64,000 bases of DNA, from contig JALNJZ010000002.1 of the NCBI GenBank assembly GCA_023261845.1, positions 64,001 to 128,000 on the forward strand, given 5' to 3'. The position numbers and the translations under genes are program-made. Position 1 is the first letter of the stretch. Each line of letters begins with the position of its first letter. The stretch is from Candidatus Terraquivivens tengchongensis (GTDB taxonomy: Archaea > Thermoproteota > Nitrososphaeria_A > Caldarchaeales > Wolframiiraptoraceae). The notes beneath the pieces are model-generated. The model searched no databases and was not told where the DNA came from. It saw nothing but the letters and a program-made list of their open reading frames with translations. Positions 27,957-38,325 of this stretch are shown piece after piece.

Positions 27957-28294
27957 ACGTGAGAAATATAGGTATTCAAGTAAAACCTCCAGAGGGGACG
28001 TGTAACGACAAATTATGTCCGTTTCATGGTCACCTGAAAGTTAGGGGAATCATTCTTACGGGTACAGTTTACAAGAAAAAGATGAAGAACACAATAGTTG
28101 TGAGAAGGGATTATCTGCATTACGTGAAGAAGTACAAGCGTTACGAGAGAAGAAGAAGCAACATACCAGCCCATTGTCCACCATGTATAGAAGTCCAAGT
28201 AGGCGACCAAGTGAAGATAGCCGAGTGTAGACCCATCAGCAAGACAGTCAGCTTTGTGGTCATAGAGAAGCTAGGAGGTGGCAAGGTTGGCTAA
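27950..28294 (+). CDS. rps17: 30S ribosomal protein S17
   Basis: [31 protein letters not shown]. Confidence 0.96.
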   Translation: MVNVRNIGIQVKPPEGTCNDKLCPFHGHLKVRGIILTGTVYKKKMKNTIVVRRDYLHYVKKYKRYERRRSNIPAHCPPCIEVQVGDQVKIAECRPISKTVSFVVIEKLGGGKVG

Positions 28295-28721
28295 GAAGTC
28301 TAGGGCAGTTGCAGCAGTAGGTATTCTCGAAAGAAGACCTAACATACCTAGAACGATAAACGTTGGGGCCCACGTTGTATGTGCAGACAACACAGGAGCG
28401 CGCATTTTAAAAATAATACAGGTGCATGGTTATAAAGGTAGGCTGAGACGTCAACCTGCTGCATGTGTAGGCGACTTGGTCTCGGTCACTGTTGCAAAAG
28501 GACCCATAGACCTCAGGAAGAAAGTCATGCAAGCAGTCATCATAAGACAAAAGAAGCCTTACAGGAGGCCAGATGGTACTTGGATATTCTTCGAAGATAC
28601 TGCCGCCGTTTTGATGACCCCAGATGGTGGACTCAAAGGCACGGAGATAAAAGGCCCTGTGGCAAAGGAGGCAGCTGAAAGGTGGCCGAGAATAGCTAAC
28701 GCTGCCAGCATTATAGTGTAG
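28287..28721 (+). CDS. rpl14: 50S ribosomal protein L14
   Basis: [32 protein letters not shown]; TTG after GGAGGTG. Confidence 0.95.
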   Translation: MAKKSRAVAAVGILERRPNIPRTINVGAHVVCADNTGARILKIIQVHGYKGRLRRQPAACVGDLVSVTVAKGPIDLRKKVMQAVIIRQKKPYRRPDGTWIFFEDTAAVLMTPDGGLKGTEIKGPVAKEAAERWPRIANAASIIV

Positions 28722-28731
28722 GTGATGTAAT

Positions 28732-29106
28732 GTGAAAGTTTTATCAAAGAAGCCCAGAAAACAAAGAAAGTTCTTGTACAACGCCCCACTTCATAAGCTT
28801 TCTAAGCTTATGTCAGCCCATCTTTCTCCAGAGTTGAGAGAAAAGTATGGCAGAAGGTCGTTTCCCGTAAGGAAGGGCGATACCGTTAAGATACTCGTGG
28901 GAGAGTTTAAAGGTGTCGAAGGAAAGGTAACGGGCGTTGATAGGAGAAAGCAAGTAGTGTACGTTGAGAACGTGACAATAAAAAAGGCTGATGGGCGTGT
29001 TAAACCGAGACCCATACATGTATCAAATGTAATGATAACGTCGCTGAACCTTGAAGATAAGTATAGAAAGCAAGTCTTAGAGGCTAAAATGCCCAAGGAG
29101 GGGTAA
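28732..29106 (+). CDS. rpl24: 50S ribosomal protein L24
   Basis: PRKQRKFLYNAPLH, VRKGDTV, PIHVSNV. Confidence 0.96.
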   Translation: MKVLSKKPRKQRKFLYNAPLHKLSKLMSAHLSPELREKYGRRSFPVRKGDTVKILVGEFKGVEGKVTGVDRRKQVVYVENVTIKKADGRVKPRPIHVSNVMITSLNLEDKYRKQVLEAKMPKEG

Positions 29107-29112
29107 AGTGGC

Positions 29113-29832
29113 ATGGGTCATTTAAAGAGGTTTGCTGCTCCACGACATTTTAGAATACCCGTAAAGGCAGCAAAGTTTACTATCAAGCCCTCTCCAGGTC
29201 CTCATCCAGCAGAAGAATGCATACCCCTTGCTATATTGCTAAGAGATCACCTCAAGTATGCGGAGACGATGGCCGAGGCTAAGAAAATAATTAAGGAGAG
29301 GAAGGTACTCGTGGATTGGAGAGTTATAACAGATCACAAGTTCCCTGTCGGTCTCATGGATGTGATTTCAATACCTGAAGCGGGCGAGCATTTCCGCATC
29401 GTTTCAATATATAGAAAAGGTCTTAGTTTAATCAAAATACAAGAAGATGAGGCAAAACTCAAGATAGGTAAAATTATTAGAAAGATGCATGTGAACAATG
29501 CTCATCTTCAGATAACACTTCACGATGGGAATAACTTTAGGTTTAAGGAAGTTGGAGTCGACGTATTATCGTATAAGACTGGAGATTCTTTGTTTATATC
29601 CTTCCCTGAGAAGAATATAATCAAACACTTGAAGCTTTCTGAGGGCAATTATGCCCTCGTAATTAAAGGACCAGAAGAGGGAAAACATGGTAAAATAATC
29701 GAAATCAAAAGGGACGTCACTTACCCCGCCAAACCCACAGTTACCCTTGACACTAAAGATGGAAAAGTAACGACGCTTCTCTCGTATATTATGGTGGTTG
29801 GTGAAGGTATTCCTATGGTGACCTTACCATGA
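29113..29832 (+). CDS. rps4e: 30S ribosomal protein S4e
   Basis: HLKRFAAP, PSPGPH, FPVGLMDV. Confidence 0.96.
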   Translation: MGHLKRFAAPRHFRIPVKAAKFTIKPSPGPHPAEECIPLAILLRDHLKYAETMAEAKKIIKERKVLVDWRVITDHKFPVGLMDVISIPEAGEHFRIVSIYRKGLSLIKIQEDEAKLKIGKIIRKMHVNNAHLQITLHDGNNFRFKEVGVDVLSYKTGDSLFISFPEKNIIKHLKLSEGNYALVIKGPEEGKHGKIIEIKRDVTYPAKPTVTLDTKDGKVTTLLSYIMVVGEGIPMVTLP

Positions 29833-30371
29833 GCCTGTTGGAAGTTAGTAACGTGATGAGGCGGTTGAGAATAGAGAAGGTAACTGTCAATTGTTCGGTA
29901 GGTGAGAGCGGGGCCAAATTGGAGAAGGCCGCCAAGATACTTGAAAGCCTGACTGGACAGAAGCCACAGATCAGAAAAGCGAAAAAGACCGTTAAAGGAT
30001 TTGGGATACATAAAGGTGAACCAATAGCTCTTAGGGTTACGCTGAGAAAACAAAAGGCCATCGAGTTCTTAACGAGGGCGCTGAAAGCCGTTAACAATAC
30101 GCTCAAGGCATCCAACTTTGATTCTAATGGTAATTTTTCTTTTGGAATCAAAGAGCACCTAGACATACCTGGTACAAAGTACGATCCAGCGCTCGGAACA
30201 ATTGGTATGGACATCTGCGTGCATATTTCGAGGCCAGGCCTCAGAGTGTCGCTGAGGAGGAGGGCGAAGTCCAAGATTGGTAAGAGCCACAAAATAACGC
30301 CGCATGAGGCGATGGAGTACATTAAGCAGAACTTTAACGTTAAGATAGTAGGTGAGGGGCATGAAGCATAA
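29829..30371 (+). CDS. rpl5: 50S ribosomal protein L5
   Basis: IEKVTVN, LTGQKP, GNFSFGIKEH. Confidence 0.96.
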   Translation: MSLLEVSNVMRRLRIEKVTVNCSVGESGAKLEKAAKILESLTGQKPQIRKAKKTVKGFGIHKGEPIALRVTLRKQKAIEFLTRALKAVNNTLKASNFDSNGNFSFGIKEHLDIPGTKYDPALGTIGMDICVHISRPGLRVSLRRRAKSKIGKSHKITPHEAMEYIKQNFNVKIVGEGHEA

Positions 30372-30522
30372 ACCACCGAAGGAAAGAAAGTTCGGGAAGG
30401 GTGTCGTGAAGTGTAGACGTTGTGGAACGACTGACGGAGTGATAAGGAAGTATAAGCTCTATATATGCAGGCGTTGCTTAAACGAAGTGGGTCCTGAGAT
30501 GGGCTTTAAGGTTTACGAATGA
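30361..30522 (+). CDS. rps14: 30S ribosomal protein S14 (Zn-binding; not in ORF track)
   Basis: Manual translation MKHKPPKERKFGKGVVKCRRCGTTDGVIRKYKLYICRRCLNEVGPEMGFKVYE. Confidence 0.94.
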   Translation: MKHKPPKERKFGKGVVKCRRCGTTDGVIRKYKLYICRRCLNEVGPEMGFKVYE

Positions 30523-30527
30523 GGTGA

Positions 30528-30923
30528 ATGTCTTTGACGAGACATGACTTAGTCTCAGGTCTTTTCACAACCCTACAAAATAATGAGATGGCAAGGAAGA
30601 GGGAATGTATCTACCCGGCCTCAAAGCTTATTGCGAACGTGTTAAAAGTGCTTCAAAGACACGGCTATATAGGCGCGTTTGAATACATAGAAGATGGTAG
30701 GGGCGGAAAATTTAGGATACAGCTCCTTGGCAGAGTTAACAGATCGGCCCCTATAAAGCCCCATTTCAGCGTTCGGAAAAATGAATTTGAGAAGTGGGAA
30801 AAGCAGTATCTACCAGGTAAGGACATAGGTATATTGATAGTAACCACACCGAAAGGGGTCATGTCGCATACCGAGGCGAAATCTCTCGGAACAGGAGGGA
30901 GGTTACTTGGTTATGTCTACTAA
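30528..30923 (+). CDS. rps8: 30S ribosomal protein S8
   Basis: PASKLI, GYIGAFEYIEDGRGG, TTPKGVMSH, GGRLLGYVY. Confidence 0.96.
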   Translation: MSLTRHDLVSGLFTTLQNNEMARKRECIYPASKLIANVLKVLQRHGYIGAFEYIEDGRGGKFRIQLLGRVNRSAPIKPHFSVRKNEFEKWEKQYLPGKDIGILIVTTPKGVMSHTEAKSLGTGGRLLGYVY

Positions 30924-31467
30924 GCTAGAGAGTCTTGAAGAAAGAATACAGATACCCGATGATGTGAAGGCGAACCTAGAGGGCTTTAGGCTTAAAATTA
31001 CAGGAAAGCTGGGTTCAAACGAATACGACTTCTCACATATGGGCATAGATCTATCCTTAGAAGGTAAGGAAATCACGGTAAAAATATTGGGTAACAATAG
31101 GAAAGCGAGAGCAATGCTAGGTACAGCGGTATCTATCATTAAAAACATGATAACGGGCGTTACAAAGGGCTTTACATATAAGATGAAGATCGTTGCCTCT
31201 CACTTTCCAATGAGTGTCAAGGTTTCAGGGAACGAAGTTATAATCGAGAACTTCTTAGGTGAAAGGTACAAGAGGCGGGCGAAGATCGTCGGCAACACCA
31301 AAGTTGTCGTAAAAGGCGATGATGTGATAGTATCAGGCATAGACAAGTATTCCGTTGGGCAAACCGCCACCAATATAGAAAATGCCACACGCATCAAGAA
31401 AAAAGACCCGAGGAAGTTCCTCGATGGCATATACGTGTACAGGAAGTTGGAGGGGATTGAAACTTGA
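30913..31467 (+). CDS. rpl6: 50S ribosomal protein L6
   Basis: NMITGVTKGF, SHFPM, NFLGE, DPRKFLDGIYV. Confidence 0.95.
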   Translation: MSTKLESLEERIQIPDDVKANLEGFRLKITGKLGSNEYDFSHMGIDLSLEGKEITVKILGNNRKARAMLGTAVSIIKNMITGVTKGFTYKMKIVASHFPMSVKVSGNEVIIENFLGERYKRRAKIVGNTKVVVKGDDVIVSGIDKYSVGQTATNIENATRIKKKDPRKFLDGIYVYRKLEGIET

Positions 31468-31931
31468 GCGAAGAAGCACCTAAATCCCAAGAAGAAAAGA
31501 CAGCACTAACAGAAGGTGCACCGAGTATAAAGAAGGCAGCAATAAAACTACCGTCGCGTATAATTGAGCTGAGAAGGAAAAGGCCAGAATTCGTCAGGCA
31601 AGAGAGCTGGAGATATAAGCGGCTTGATGAAGCATGGCGCAGACCGAGAGGAAAAGACAGCAGGATGAGGTTACAAAAAAGCGGCGCACCTCCCCTTGTT
31701 AAAGTTGGTTACAGAGGCGATAGGAACTTCAGAGGACTACATCCATCCGGCTTTGAGGAAGTCTTAGTTAGCAGACCGGAAGACTTGGAAGGAATAGACC
31801 CGAGTAGACAGGCCATAAGGATTGCGGCCACTGTTGGAAGGCTAAAAAGGATACGGATAGCAGAGGTTGCACGCGAAAAAGGTATAAAAATTCTAAACCC
31901 GCCGCCGCAATTTAAGGAGGAGACAGCATGA
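31464..31931 (+). CDS. rpl32e: 50S ribosomal protein L32e
   Basis: FVRQESWRYKRL, WRRPRG, RGLHPSG. Confidence 0.95.
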   Translation: MSEEAPKSQEEKTALTEGAPSIKKAAIKLPSRIIELRRKRPEFVRQESWRYKRLDEAWRRPRGKDSRMRLQKSGAPPLVKVGYRGDRNFRGLHPSGFEEVLVSRPEDLEGIDPSRQAIRIAATVGRLKRIRIAEVAREKGIKILNPPPQFKEETA

Positions 31932-32368
31932 GCCTTACGCTTCAGAAGAGGTTAGCGGCAGAGCTCTTGAAGTGTGGCGAAAGCAGGGTTAGATTCGATG
32001 AAGAAAGGCTTGATGAAATAGAGGCAGCAATATCTCGAGAAGAAATAAAACGGCTAATAGAGGATGGCGCGATCTACAAAATTCAGGAAAAAGGTATAAG
32101 CAAAGGGAGGTTACGCGAGCGGAAAAAGCGCAAAGGGCCAGGCAGTAGAAAGGGCGGAAAATACTCCATAATCCCAAGAAAAACGCAATGGATATTAAAG
32201 GTTAGAGCGCAAAGGAAAGCCCTGAAAAAACTCAGGGATTCGAAGATGCTCGTGGAAGGAGCTTACAGAAAAGTTTACAAGATGGTGAAGAGCGGAGCCT
32301 TCAAATCTGTGAGCGCTATGATGGAATACCTAAAGCAGAACAAGCTGTTGAGGAGGGTTTTCGCATAA
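31928..32368 (+). CDS. rpl19e: 50S ribosomal protein L19e
   Basis: LQKRLAAELLKCG, GPGSRKG. Confidence 0.95.
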   Translation: MSLTLQKRLAAELLKCGESRVRFDEERLDEIEAAISREEIKRLIEDGAIYKIQEKGISKGRLRERKKRKGPGSRKGGKYSIIPRKTQWILKVRAQRKALKKLRDSKMLVEGAYRKVYKMVKSGAFKSVSAMMEYLKQNKLLRRVFA

Positions 32369-32947
32369 ATGTGCGGATGTGTAGCCTTACTTAAACGTAC
32401 ACCTCCAAAAAGAAGGCGCATGGGTCTAACGAACTACAGGAAAAGATTAAAGCTGATAAAGTCCGGCCTGCCGAGGTTAGTCATTAGAAGGACAAACAGG
32501 TACGTAATAGTTCAAGCAATACAAAGCCTAGCCGGCGGCGATAGGACCTTAACGGCAACAGTGTCTAAAGAGCTCAGGAAGTTAGGTTGGAACGGAGGAT
32601 TAAAGAACACACCTGCAGCTTACCTTACAGGACTCCTTGCAGGCATGAAGATGAGGAGGCTAGGCATAAAGAAGCTTGTAGCTGATTTGGGTCTATTTTC
32701 AAAAGCATCTAGATTATATGCTGTTATAAAAGGCATAATAGATGCTGGTATAGAGGTACCGGTCAGTGAAGATGTACTTCCCTCAGAGGAACGACTCAAA
32801 GGCACGCATATAAGAGAGTATTTTGAAAAAGTTTCCCAGGAACCTTTTGTGAAGATTTTTACAAAAGTTGACAAGGAAGCTTATTCAAAGCTTGAAGAAC
32901 ATGTAGAAGAGGTTAAACAAAAAATTCTCTCGGAGGTGTCAAAGTGA
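32369..32947 (+). CDS. rpl18: 50S ribosomal protein L18
   Basis: TNYRKRLKL, RLVIRRTN, NTPAAYLTG. Confidence 0.94.
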   Translation: MCGCVALLKRTPPKRRRMGLTNYRKRLKLIKSGLPRLVIRRTNRYVIVQAIQSLAGGDRTLTATVSKELRKLGWNGGLKNTPAAYLTGLLAGMKMRRLGIKKLVADLGLFSKASRLYAVIKGIIDAGIEVPVSEDVLPSEERLKGTHIREYFEKVSQEPFVKIFTKVDKEAYSKLEEHVEEVKQKILSEVSK

Positions 32948-33564
32948 GCGAGACAGAATGGGTACCTAAAACAGAATTAGGTAGGCTTGTAAGAGATGGA
33001 AAAATAACATCCATAGACGAAATCTTTTCGAACCATTATAAGATAACAGAGCCCCAGATAGTTGATATACTTTTACCAAACCTCGAGCAGGAGGTCCTAG
33101 ACATAAAGCTTGTCCAGAAACAGACGGATGCAGGTGAGAAAAGAAGGTACAAAGCAATCGTTGTAGTCGGTAATAGAGACGGTTATGTTGGAATAGGAAC
33201 GGGGAAGTCCGTTCATATCGTACCAGCCATAGAGAAGGCGATAAACCAAGCAAAACTCAATATAATCCCGGTAAAAAGAGGTTGTGGGAGCTGGGAATGT
33301 GCATGTAATGAACCACACAGTCTCGTAACAAAAGTTGAAGGAAAGTATGGGAGTGTGAAGATGGTATTGATTCCAGCTCCAAAAGGCTTAGGCATCGTGG
33401 CGGGCGATATGCAGAAAGCTGTCCTGGAGATGGCGGGCATAAAAGACTGCTGGACTAGGAGTTTTGGGGAGACGAGGACCACGCTTTCAGTAGTCGGAGC
33501 AACCTACATGGCCCTTAAGAATACGAATAAAGTAGTTCTACCATCCCTCTGGAAGACTGTTTAG
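32944..33564 (+). CDS. rps5: 30S ribosomal protein S5
   Basis: WVPKTELGRLV, VQKQTDAG, RGCGSWEC. Confidence 0.96.
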   Translation: MSETEWVPKTELGRLVRDGKITSIDEIFSNHYKITEPQIVDILLPNLEQEVLDIKLVQKQTDAGEKRRYKAIVVVGNRDGYVGIGTGKSVHIVPAIEKAINQAKLNIIPVKRGCGSWECACNEPHSLVTKVEGKYGSVKMVLIPAPKGLGIVAGDMQKAVLEMAGIKDCWTRSFGETRTTLSVVGATYMALKNTNKVVLPSLWKTV

Positions 33565-33576
33565 GGGGATGTAATT

Positions 33577-34062
33577 TTGGAGGTGAGTACGAACACGTTT
33601 TTAGTGGTGAGGATAAAAGGCTCAGTTGGCGCGAGTGAGGAGGAACGGTCAACGCTTAAGTTGCTGAACCTACCAAGGGCCAACTACGCCACGGTAGTTA
33701 AGAATACGCCAAGTTATCTCGGTATGTTAAGGAAAGTTCAACATTACGTGACTTGGGGCGAGCCCACGTTAAAGACTATAAAAAGGCTCTTGGCGAAAAG
33801 GGGCGAACTGAATGGTGGGAAAAAGCTTAATGAAGAACTGATTAAAACCCTAGGTTTCAACTCGATCGATGAATTGGCAGAGAAGATATTCTCTGGAGAA
33901 GTCACACTATCGCAACTAAAAGAAAAGGGACTGAAGCCTTTCTTCAGACTACACCCACCAAGAAAGGGCTTTAAGCACAGCATTAAGAGACCGTTCAAAG
34001 ACAAGGGAGAATACGGGTATAGGGGCCAGGAAATAAACGAACTAGTAGTAAGGATGTCCTAA
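33577..34062 (+). CDS. rpl30: 50S ribosomal protein L30
   Basis: VVRIKG, YVTWGE, FRLHPPRKG, GYRGQEINEL. Confidence 0.95.
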   Translation: MEVSTNTFLVVRIKGSVGASEEERSTLKLLNLPRANYATVVKNTPSYLGMLRKVQHYVTWGEPTLKTIKRLLAKRGELNGGKKLNEELIKTLGFNSIDELAEKIFSGEVTLSQLKEKGLKPFFRLHPPRKGFKHSIKRPFKDKGEYGYRGQEINELVVRMS

Positions 34063-34181
34063 AGTGTTAAAACGGCAGCCTTTTTCGTTCATATTTTTCT
34101 ACAAAAGTGTTGCTAGCTAAACTTAACATCGCGAGGAATTTTATAAAAGGCTTAAATAGATTTGAAGGCTTTATAAAAATC

Positions 34182-34781
34182 ATGGCTAAAAAATACACCC
34201 TTCCGGAATTACCGTACCCCTACAACGCTCTCGAGCCTTATCTCTCAGAAGAAATTTTGAGAGTTCACCATGACAAACATCACCTAGCTTATGTGAATGG
34301 CGCAAACGCCGCTATCGAAAAGTTGGAGAAAGCAAGGACGACTGGTGAGGTAGTAGACTTCAAGGCTGTAGCACGCGATCTGTCGTTCAACCTGTCGGGC
34401 CACATACTCCACTCAATCTACTGGGAGAACATGAGTCCAAAGGGTGGTGGAAAGCCTGGCGGAATCTTGGCGGACAGGATTGATAAAGATTTAGGCGGTT
34501 TCGAGAACTTTAAAGCACAGCTAAGCTCCGTTGCCGCAACCGTCGAGGGGTCGGGCTGGGGCCTCTTGGCTTACGACCCTGAGGGCGATAGGTTGATAAT
34601 CCTGCAGATTGAGAAGCACAACAACCAGCTAGTTCCTGGTGCAGTCCCGCTCTTGGTTCTCGACACGTTCGAACATGCTTACTACCTTCAGTATAAGAAC
34701 GACAGGAAGGCATACATAGATGCATGGTGGAACGTAGTAAACTGGAGCGATGTGGAGAGAAGACTGACTAAAGTTTTGTAG
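34182..34781 (+). CDS. sod: Fe/Mn superoxide dismutase
   Basis: LPELPYPYNALEP, HHDKHH, GHILHSIYW, DTFEHAYY; ATG at 34182. Confidence 0.96.
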   Translation: MAKKYTLPELPYPYNALEPYLSEEILRVHHDKHHLAYVNGANAAIEKLEKARTTGEVVDFKAVARDLSFNLSGHILHSIYWENMSPKGGGKPGGILADRIDKDLGGFENFKAQLSSVAATVEGSGWGLLAYDPEGDRLIILQIEKHNNQLVPGAVPLLVLDTFEHAYYLQYKNDRKAYIDAWWNVVNWSDVERRLTKVL

Positions 34782-34813
34782 CGTGCAGCATTTCCTACGA
34801 TTTTTACATCATC

Positions 34814-35350
34814 CTAAACTTTTTTTGTTTTAACCTCCTCCAGCACTTTCTCGAATATTCTATATGTTTCTTCATCATAAAGGCAGAAGACAACCTTCTT
34901 GAGGCTCTTTGCCTCTTTTTCCAAGAACTCAGCTACTGTCGGCACCATGATCCTGGCGCACCTGTCCTTCGGGAAGCCAAATATTCCCGTCGATATGGCC
35001 GGAAAGGCTATACTCTTCAGACCGTACCGTTCTGCCAACCTGAGGCTGTTGAGTGTTGCATCTTTTAGTTTCCTGTCTTCGTCACCCTCACCGTATCTCG
35101 GACCGACAGCATGTATCACGTACTTAGCCTTCAACTTACCCGCTCCCGTAATGACCGCACCGCCTACAGGACAATAACCCATCTTATCGCACTCTTTTTG
35201 AATTTCATAACCTCCTTTCCTTAGTATGGCGCCAGCCACTCCGCCCCCCATCTTTAGGCTACTGTTGGCAGCGTTAACTATAGCATCTGTGTCTAAATCT
35301 GTTATATCACCCTTAACTAGCTCTATGCGCGGCTCAGCTTCCGACCCCAT
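34814..35350 (-). CDS. Macro domain (ADP-ribose binding/hydrolase) protein
   Basis: [39 protein letters not shown]. Confidence 0.92.
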   Translation of the reverse strand: MGSEAEPRIELVKGDITDLDTDAIVNAANSSLKMGGGVAGAILRKGGYEIQKECDKMGYCPVGGAVITGAGKLKAKYVIHAVGPRYGEGDEDRKLKDATLNSLRLAERYGLKSIAFPAISTGIFGFPKDRCARIMVPTVAEFLEKEAKSLKKVVFCLYDEETYRIFEKVLEEVKTKKV

Positions 35351-35408
35351 ACAACACCTAAACATTTGGAATGATGTTTAGGACAAAAGGTTTTCGGAAC
35401 ATTAGGCT

Positions 35409-35894
35409 CTAATTGTACCCCCTTGCTCTGTAGATGGCTTTTTTTATGGCTTTCATGGCATCGGACTTCCTCTTGAAGTAATGTAAATGTGATGGACAGT
35501 CGCAGTCAGTCGAGCCGACACCAACCAAACTGTAATCTGCCATCAAGGATACACAACGCGAAAGAACGCATTCCGTTTTCCTCTTAGAAGGCAGGACACC
35601 TATCGTTATAACTCTTGCAGTCCTTTTATTCAGAAGCCTGTCTATGTGCCAATGGGGTCTTCTTCTGAATGGGCCTACGTGACGAAGCAACCTCCATCCA
35701 GCTTTTCCGATGGCCGAGCCAGCATAGACGTAGTAACCCGGTTTCAGGAGTAGCGTGCCCGCAGAGCCGAAGGCCACTCTGGCCGCTCTAGACAGTTTGA
35801 TAAGCAACAAATAACCGCCAGAGAAATCCCTCGAAATCTCCTTGACCTTTTCAGGGTCGTACAGCCTCGGGGCAACCTTGAATTTCAACAACAA
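35409..35894 (-). CDS. DUF123 / GIY-YIG-like nuclease family protein
   Basis: GYYVYAGSA, HWHID, GSTDCDCPSHL. Confidence 0.78.
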   Translation of the reverse strand: MLLKFKVAPRLYDPEKVKEISRDFSGGYLLLIKLSRAARVAFGSAGTLLLKPGYYVYAGSAIGKAGWRLLRHVGPFRRRPHWHIDRLLNKRTARVITIGVLPSKRKTECVLSRCVSLMADYSLVGVGSTDCDCPSHLHYFKRKSDAMKAIKKAIYRARGYN

Positions 35895-35971
35895 GTTTTT
35901 GGTGGAATGTTGCCTATTTTAGTTTTGAGATAGATTAATATAATAGTTAACGGCGTTATAACTGGACAGGT

Positions 35972-36538
35972 ATGATTGCACCAACAGAGGTATTAAAAAG
36001 CGAGCACAGGGTGATAGAGAAAGTAATAACAACGATGGATTGGGTCGGGCGGACACTCTTAAGAGGCAAAAGAGTTGACCCATCCCTTATAGAGGAGATA
36101 ACGGACTTCATGGAAAAATTCGCCGACAAGTGCCATCATGGAAAAGAGGAAAATGTGCTCTTCGAGTGGATGGAGCGCATGGGTGTCCCTAAAGAAGGTG
36201 GGCCGATAGGCGTTATGCTATATGAACATGAGCTGGGCAGGAGCTACAGGAAGGCCATAGTTGAGGCGCTTCCGAGCTACAAAGAAGGGTCGCTCGAGGC
36301 GGCGAAGGTTATAGCCGAAAATGTTCAGGCTTATGCAACTATGCTGAGCCAGCATATAATGAAAGAGGACAACATACTATTCAAGATAGCTGATGAGCTC
36401 ATAGCCGAAAAGGACGATGAGACATACCTTATGGAAAACTTCGAGAAGGTTGAGAGGAAAATCATGGGAAAGGGCGAACATGAAAGATTACTAAAGCTGG
36501 CGGACAAGATAGCTAGCGCATTAAAGGAGCAAACATAG
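35972..36538 (+). CDS. Hemerythrin/HHE cation-binding domain protein
   Basis: EHRVI, DKCHHGKEENVLF, GPIGVMLYEHELGR, HIMKEDNILF. Confidence 0.9.
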   Translation: MIAPTEVLKSEHRVIEKVITTMDWVGRTLLRGKRVDPSLIEEITDFMEKFADKCHHGKEENVLFEWMERMGVPKEGGPIGVMLYEHELGRSYRKAIVEALPSYKEGSLEAAKVIAENVQAYATMLSQHIMKEDNILFKIADELIAEKDDETYLMENFEKVERKIMGKGEHERLLKLADKIASALKEQT

Positions 36539-36539
36539 C

Positions 36540-37610
36540 TTAGCTGTCGGTAGCTTTGGGTTTAAGTCTCCCGAATCTCCTAACGTAAGATAACGGATTC
36601 TTTATTCCACCACAAAGCCTGCCTTGTTCAATGCATAAACCATGCGTCTGCATTGTGCTGCAAGAAGGTGACGTGTACTTCGTTCTGCTACCCCTCATAC
36701 CTGCTATATGCTCAATCTGGTATCTCGCGATTTTCTCATCAAAGTCGCTCCTGTTAGCATAGATACTCACGATGTCTTCCACGTTCATACCGATGTTAAT
36801 TAGAAACGATGCGAGCGCAAAGTTGGCAAAGTGGGATAAAGCCTCACCTTTGATAAGGTTTTTATGGAGTACTTTCATGCATGGTGGCCAACTGTTTGGC
36901 GATATGCCGGAGGCTAGCGACTCTATCTTATACTTTCTTGCAAGCAGCTTATCCTTCTGCTCTTTGATGAAGTCTCGCATATAATCTGGCGGTCTGACGC
37001 TACCGATTGCTTTTACCCTCGCTACTATATACCGCTCGATCGAGCTCCTCATCAGTCTTGCCAGTTCTCTTTGGGTTATGTAGACGTAGCCGTTCTCCAA
37101 GCATCTATTAACGAGTTTCCATTCGTTTGCGTTAAACCTAGACGCTTCTCTAAGGTAATCCGTAAAATGTATCGCAAGCTCGTAATCTTTGTCAAGCTTT
37201 TTTCTTACCCTCTTTAAGTTAAAGCCCAGCTCTTCTTTAGCTAAAACCTCGACTACTTCTAACCGTTCCCTTGAAATGAGTACTTCTGCCCTTATGGCCT
37301 CTGCCAGCCCAAACCTTCTCGATGCAAAATCTTCATCAAGGGCCGCGACCATGAACAAGGCCAATGGAAACGACAAAAGCTCGACCTCTAAGTCCTTATC
37401 CATGATAGTCCTCGCATCACCAACCCCGTACGACCTCCCGCCCCTTTCTAATGCTTCTTCAACTCTAAATTTCGCCCTTTCATAGACGCGAGCGAACTCG
37501 GGGCTTCCTAAACTTTCTATGTCTATGCGGAGAGATGAGACGTAATCTTTGGCGGCCTTCGTGAATGGGTACTTCGCTATCATCTCAAGGCTTAGCAGTA
37601 TGCTCATCAT
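36540..37610 (-). CDS. priL: DNA primase large subunit
   Basis: AKYPF, WKLVNR, PPCM, YQIEHIAG, Fe-S cysteines in PSCSTM...LC...C. Confidence 0.93.
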   Translation of the reverse strand: MMSILLSLEMIAKYPFTKAAKDYVSSLRIDIESLGSPEFARVYERAKFRVEEALERGGRSYGVGDARTIMDKDLEVELLSFPLALFMVAALDEDFASRRFGLAEAIRAEVLISRERLEVVEVLAKEELGFNLKRVRKKLDKDYELAIHFTDYLREASRFNANEWKLVNRCLENGYVYITQRELARLMRSSIERYIVARVKAIGSVRPPDYMRDFIKEQKDKLLARKYKIESLASGISPNSWPPCMKVLHKNLIKGEALSHFANFALASFLINIGMNVEDIVSIYANRSDFDEKIARYQIEHIAGMRGSRTKYTSPSCSTMQTHGLCIEQGRLCGGIKNPLSYVRRFGRLKPKATDS

Positions 37611-37677
37611 ATTATTCTGGTTCGAAGGACGTATTTAAGTTCCCTTAAACCCTAAGGAAAGTGCAGAAATGCATACA

Positions 37678-38250
37678 TTACTTTTGAGTCTCGATAGCAT
37701 ACTGTAATATGGCGTATAAAGATCTGTCCTGCGAGGTTTTTAGGAACTCTTCCCAGAAGTGCTTTAAGACCTTCTTGAGACGTTTATTCTTTGCATATTT
37801 GACAGCCTGTAGGGCCCTTTCAAAGCGGTCCAGCTCTTTTATGAGTCTTGCCTCAGCTGTAGACCCTGTTTTATATTCCTTCCATAAATTAAGATATTTT
37901 TTGGCGAGTGCCGGCGGTAAGAACGATAGGATGTACTCCATCGCTTTATGTTCTTCTTCCATTGATTTTTCGATGCCGAATTTGGCCCTATCTTTTGGTG
38001 TTAAATCGCCGACTATCGATTCGCAAAGGTCATGTAGCAACGCCATCCCAACAGACCTTTCTACATTAAGACCTCTCAGGTCGGTTATCACCATGGATAA
38101 TAGAGCAAGGTTGAAAGAATGGTCCGCAACCGATTCAATCCTTGAGATTTTCTTCCTCATCCAGCCCCGCCTCTTTATTCTCTTTAAAGCGTAAGCATGC
38201 TCGAGGAATTCCAGAAATCGCTTCGGCTCAAGTTCCGATAAGTCCATCAC
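37678..38250 (-). CDS. HD-domain phosphohydrolase (YfbR/HDDC2-like)
   Basis: LKRIKRRGW, ESVADHS, LLHDLCE, GDLTP. Confidence 0.88.
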   Translation of the reverse strand: MMDLSELEPKRFLEFLEHAYALKRIKRRGWMRKKISRIESVADHSFNLALLSMVITDLRGLNVERSVGMALLHDLCESIVGDLTPKDRAKFGIEKSMEEEHKAMEYILSFLPPALAKKYLNLWKEYKTGSTAEARLIKELDRFERALQAVKYAKNKRLKKVLKHFWEEFLKTSQDRSLYAILQYAIETQK

Positions 38251-38325
38251 TTATCACTCATTACCCAACCTTTGGTTTCATTAAGATTTTTATAATTAAC
38301 GGGAATTAGAATTTTAGACGCATGC

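Noticed and set aside
34107-34181. N-terminal extension of SOD as a signal peptide
   Set aside because: Covers the TATA-containing promoter region; homology begins at MAKKYTLP
35357-35382. Hairpin resembling the EF-2 intron stem (CCTAA...TTAGG)
   Set aside because: Flanks cannot form BHB geometry and no reading frame needs repair; kept only as a regulatory candidate
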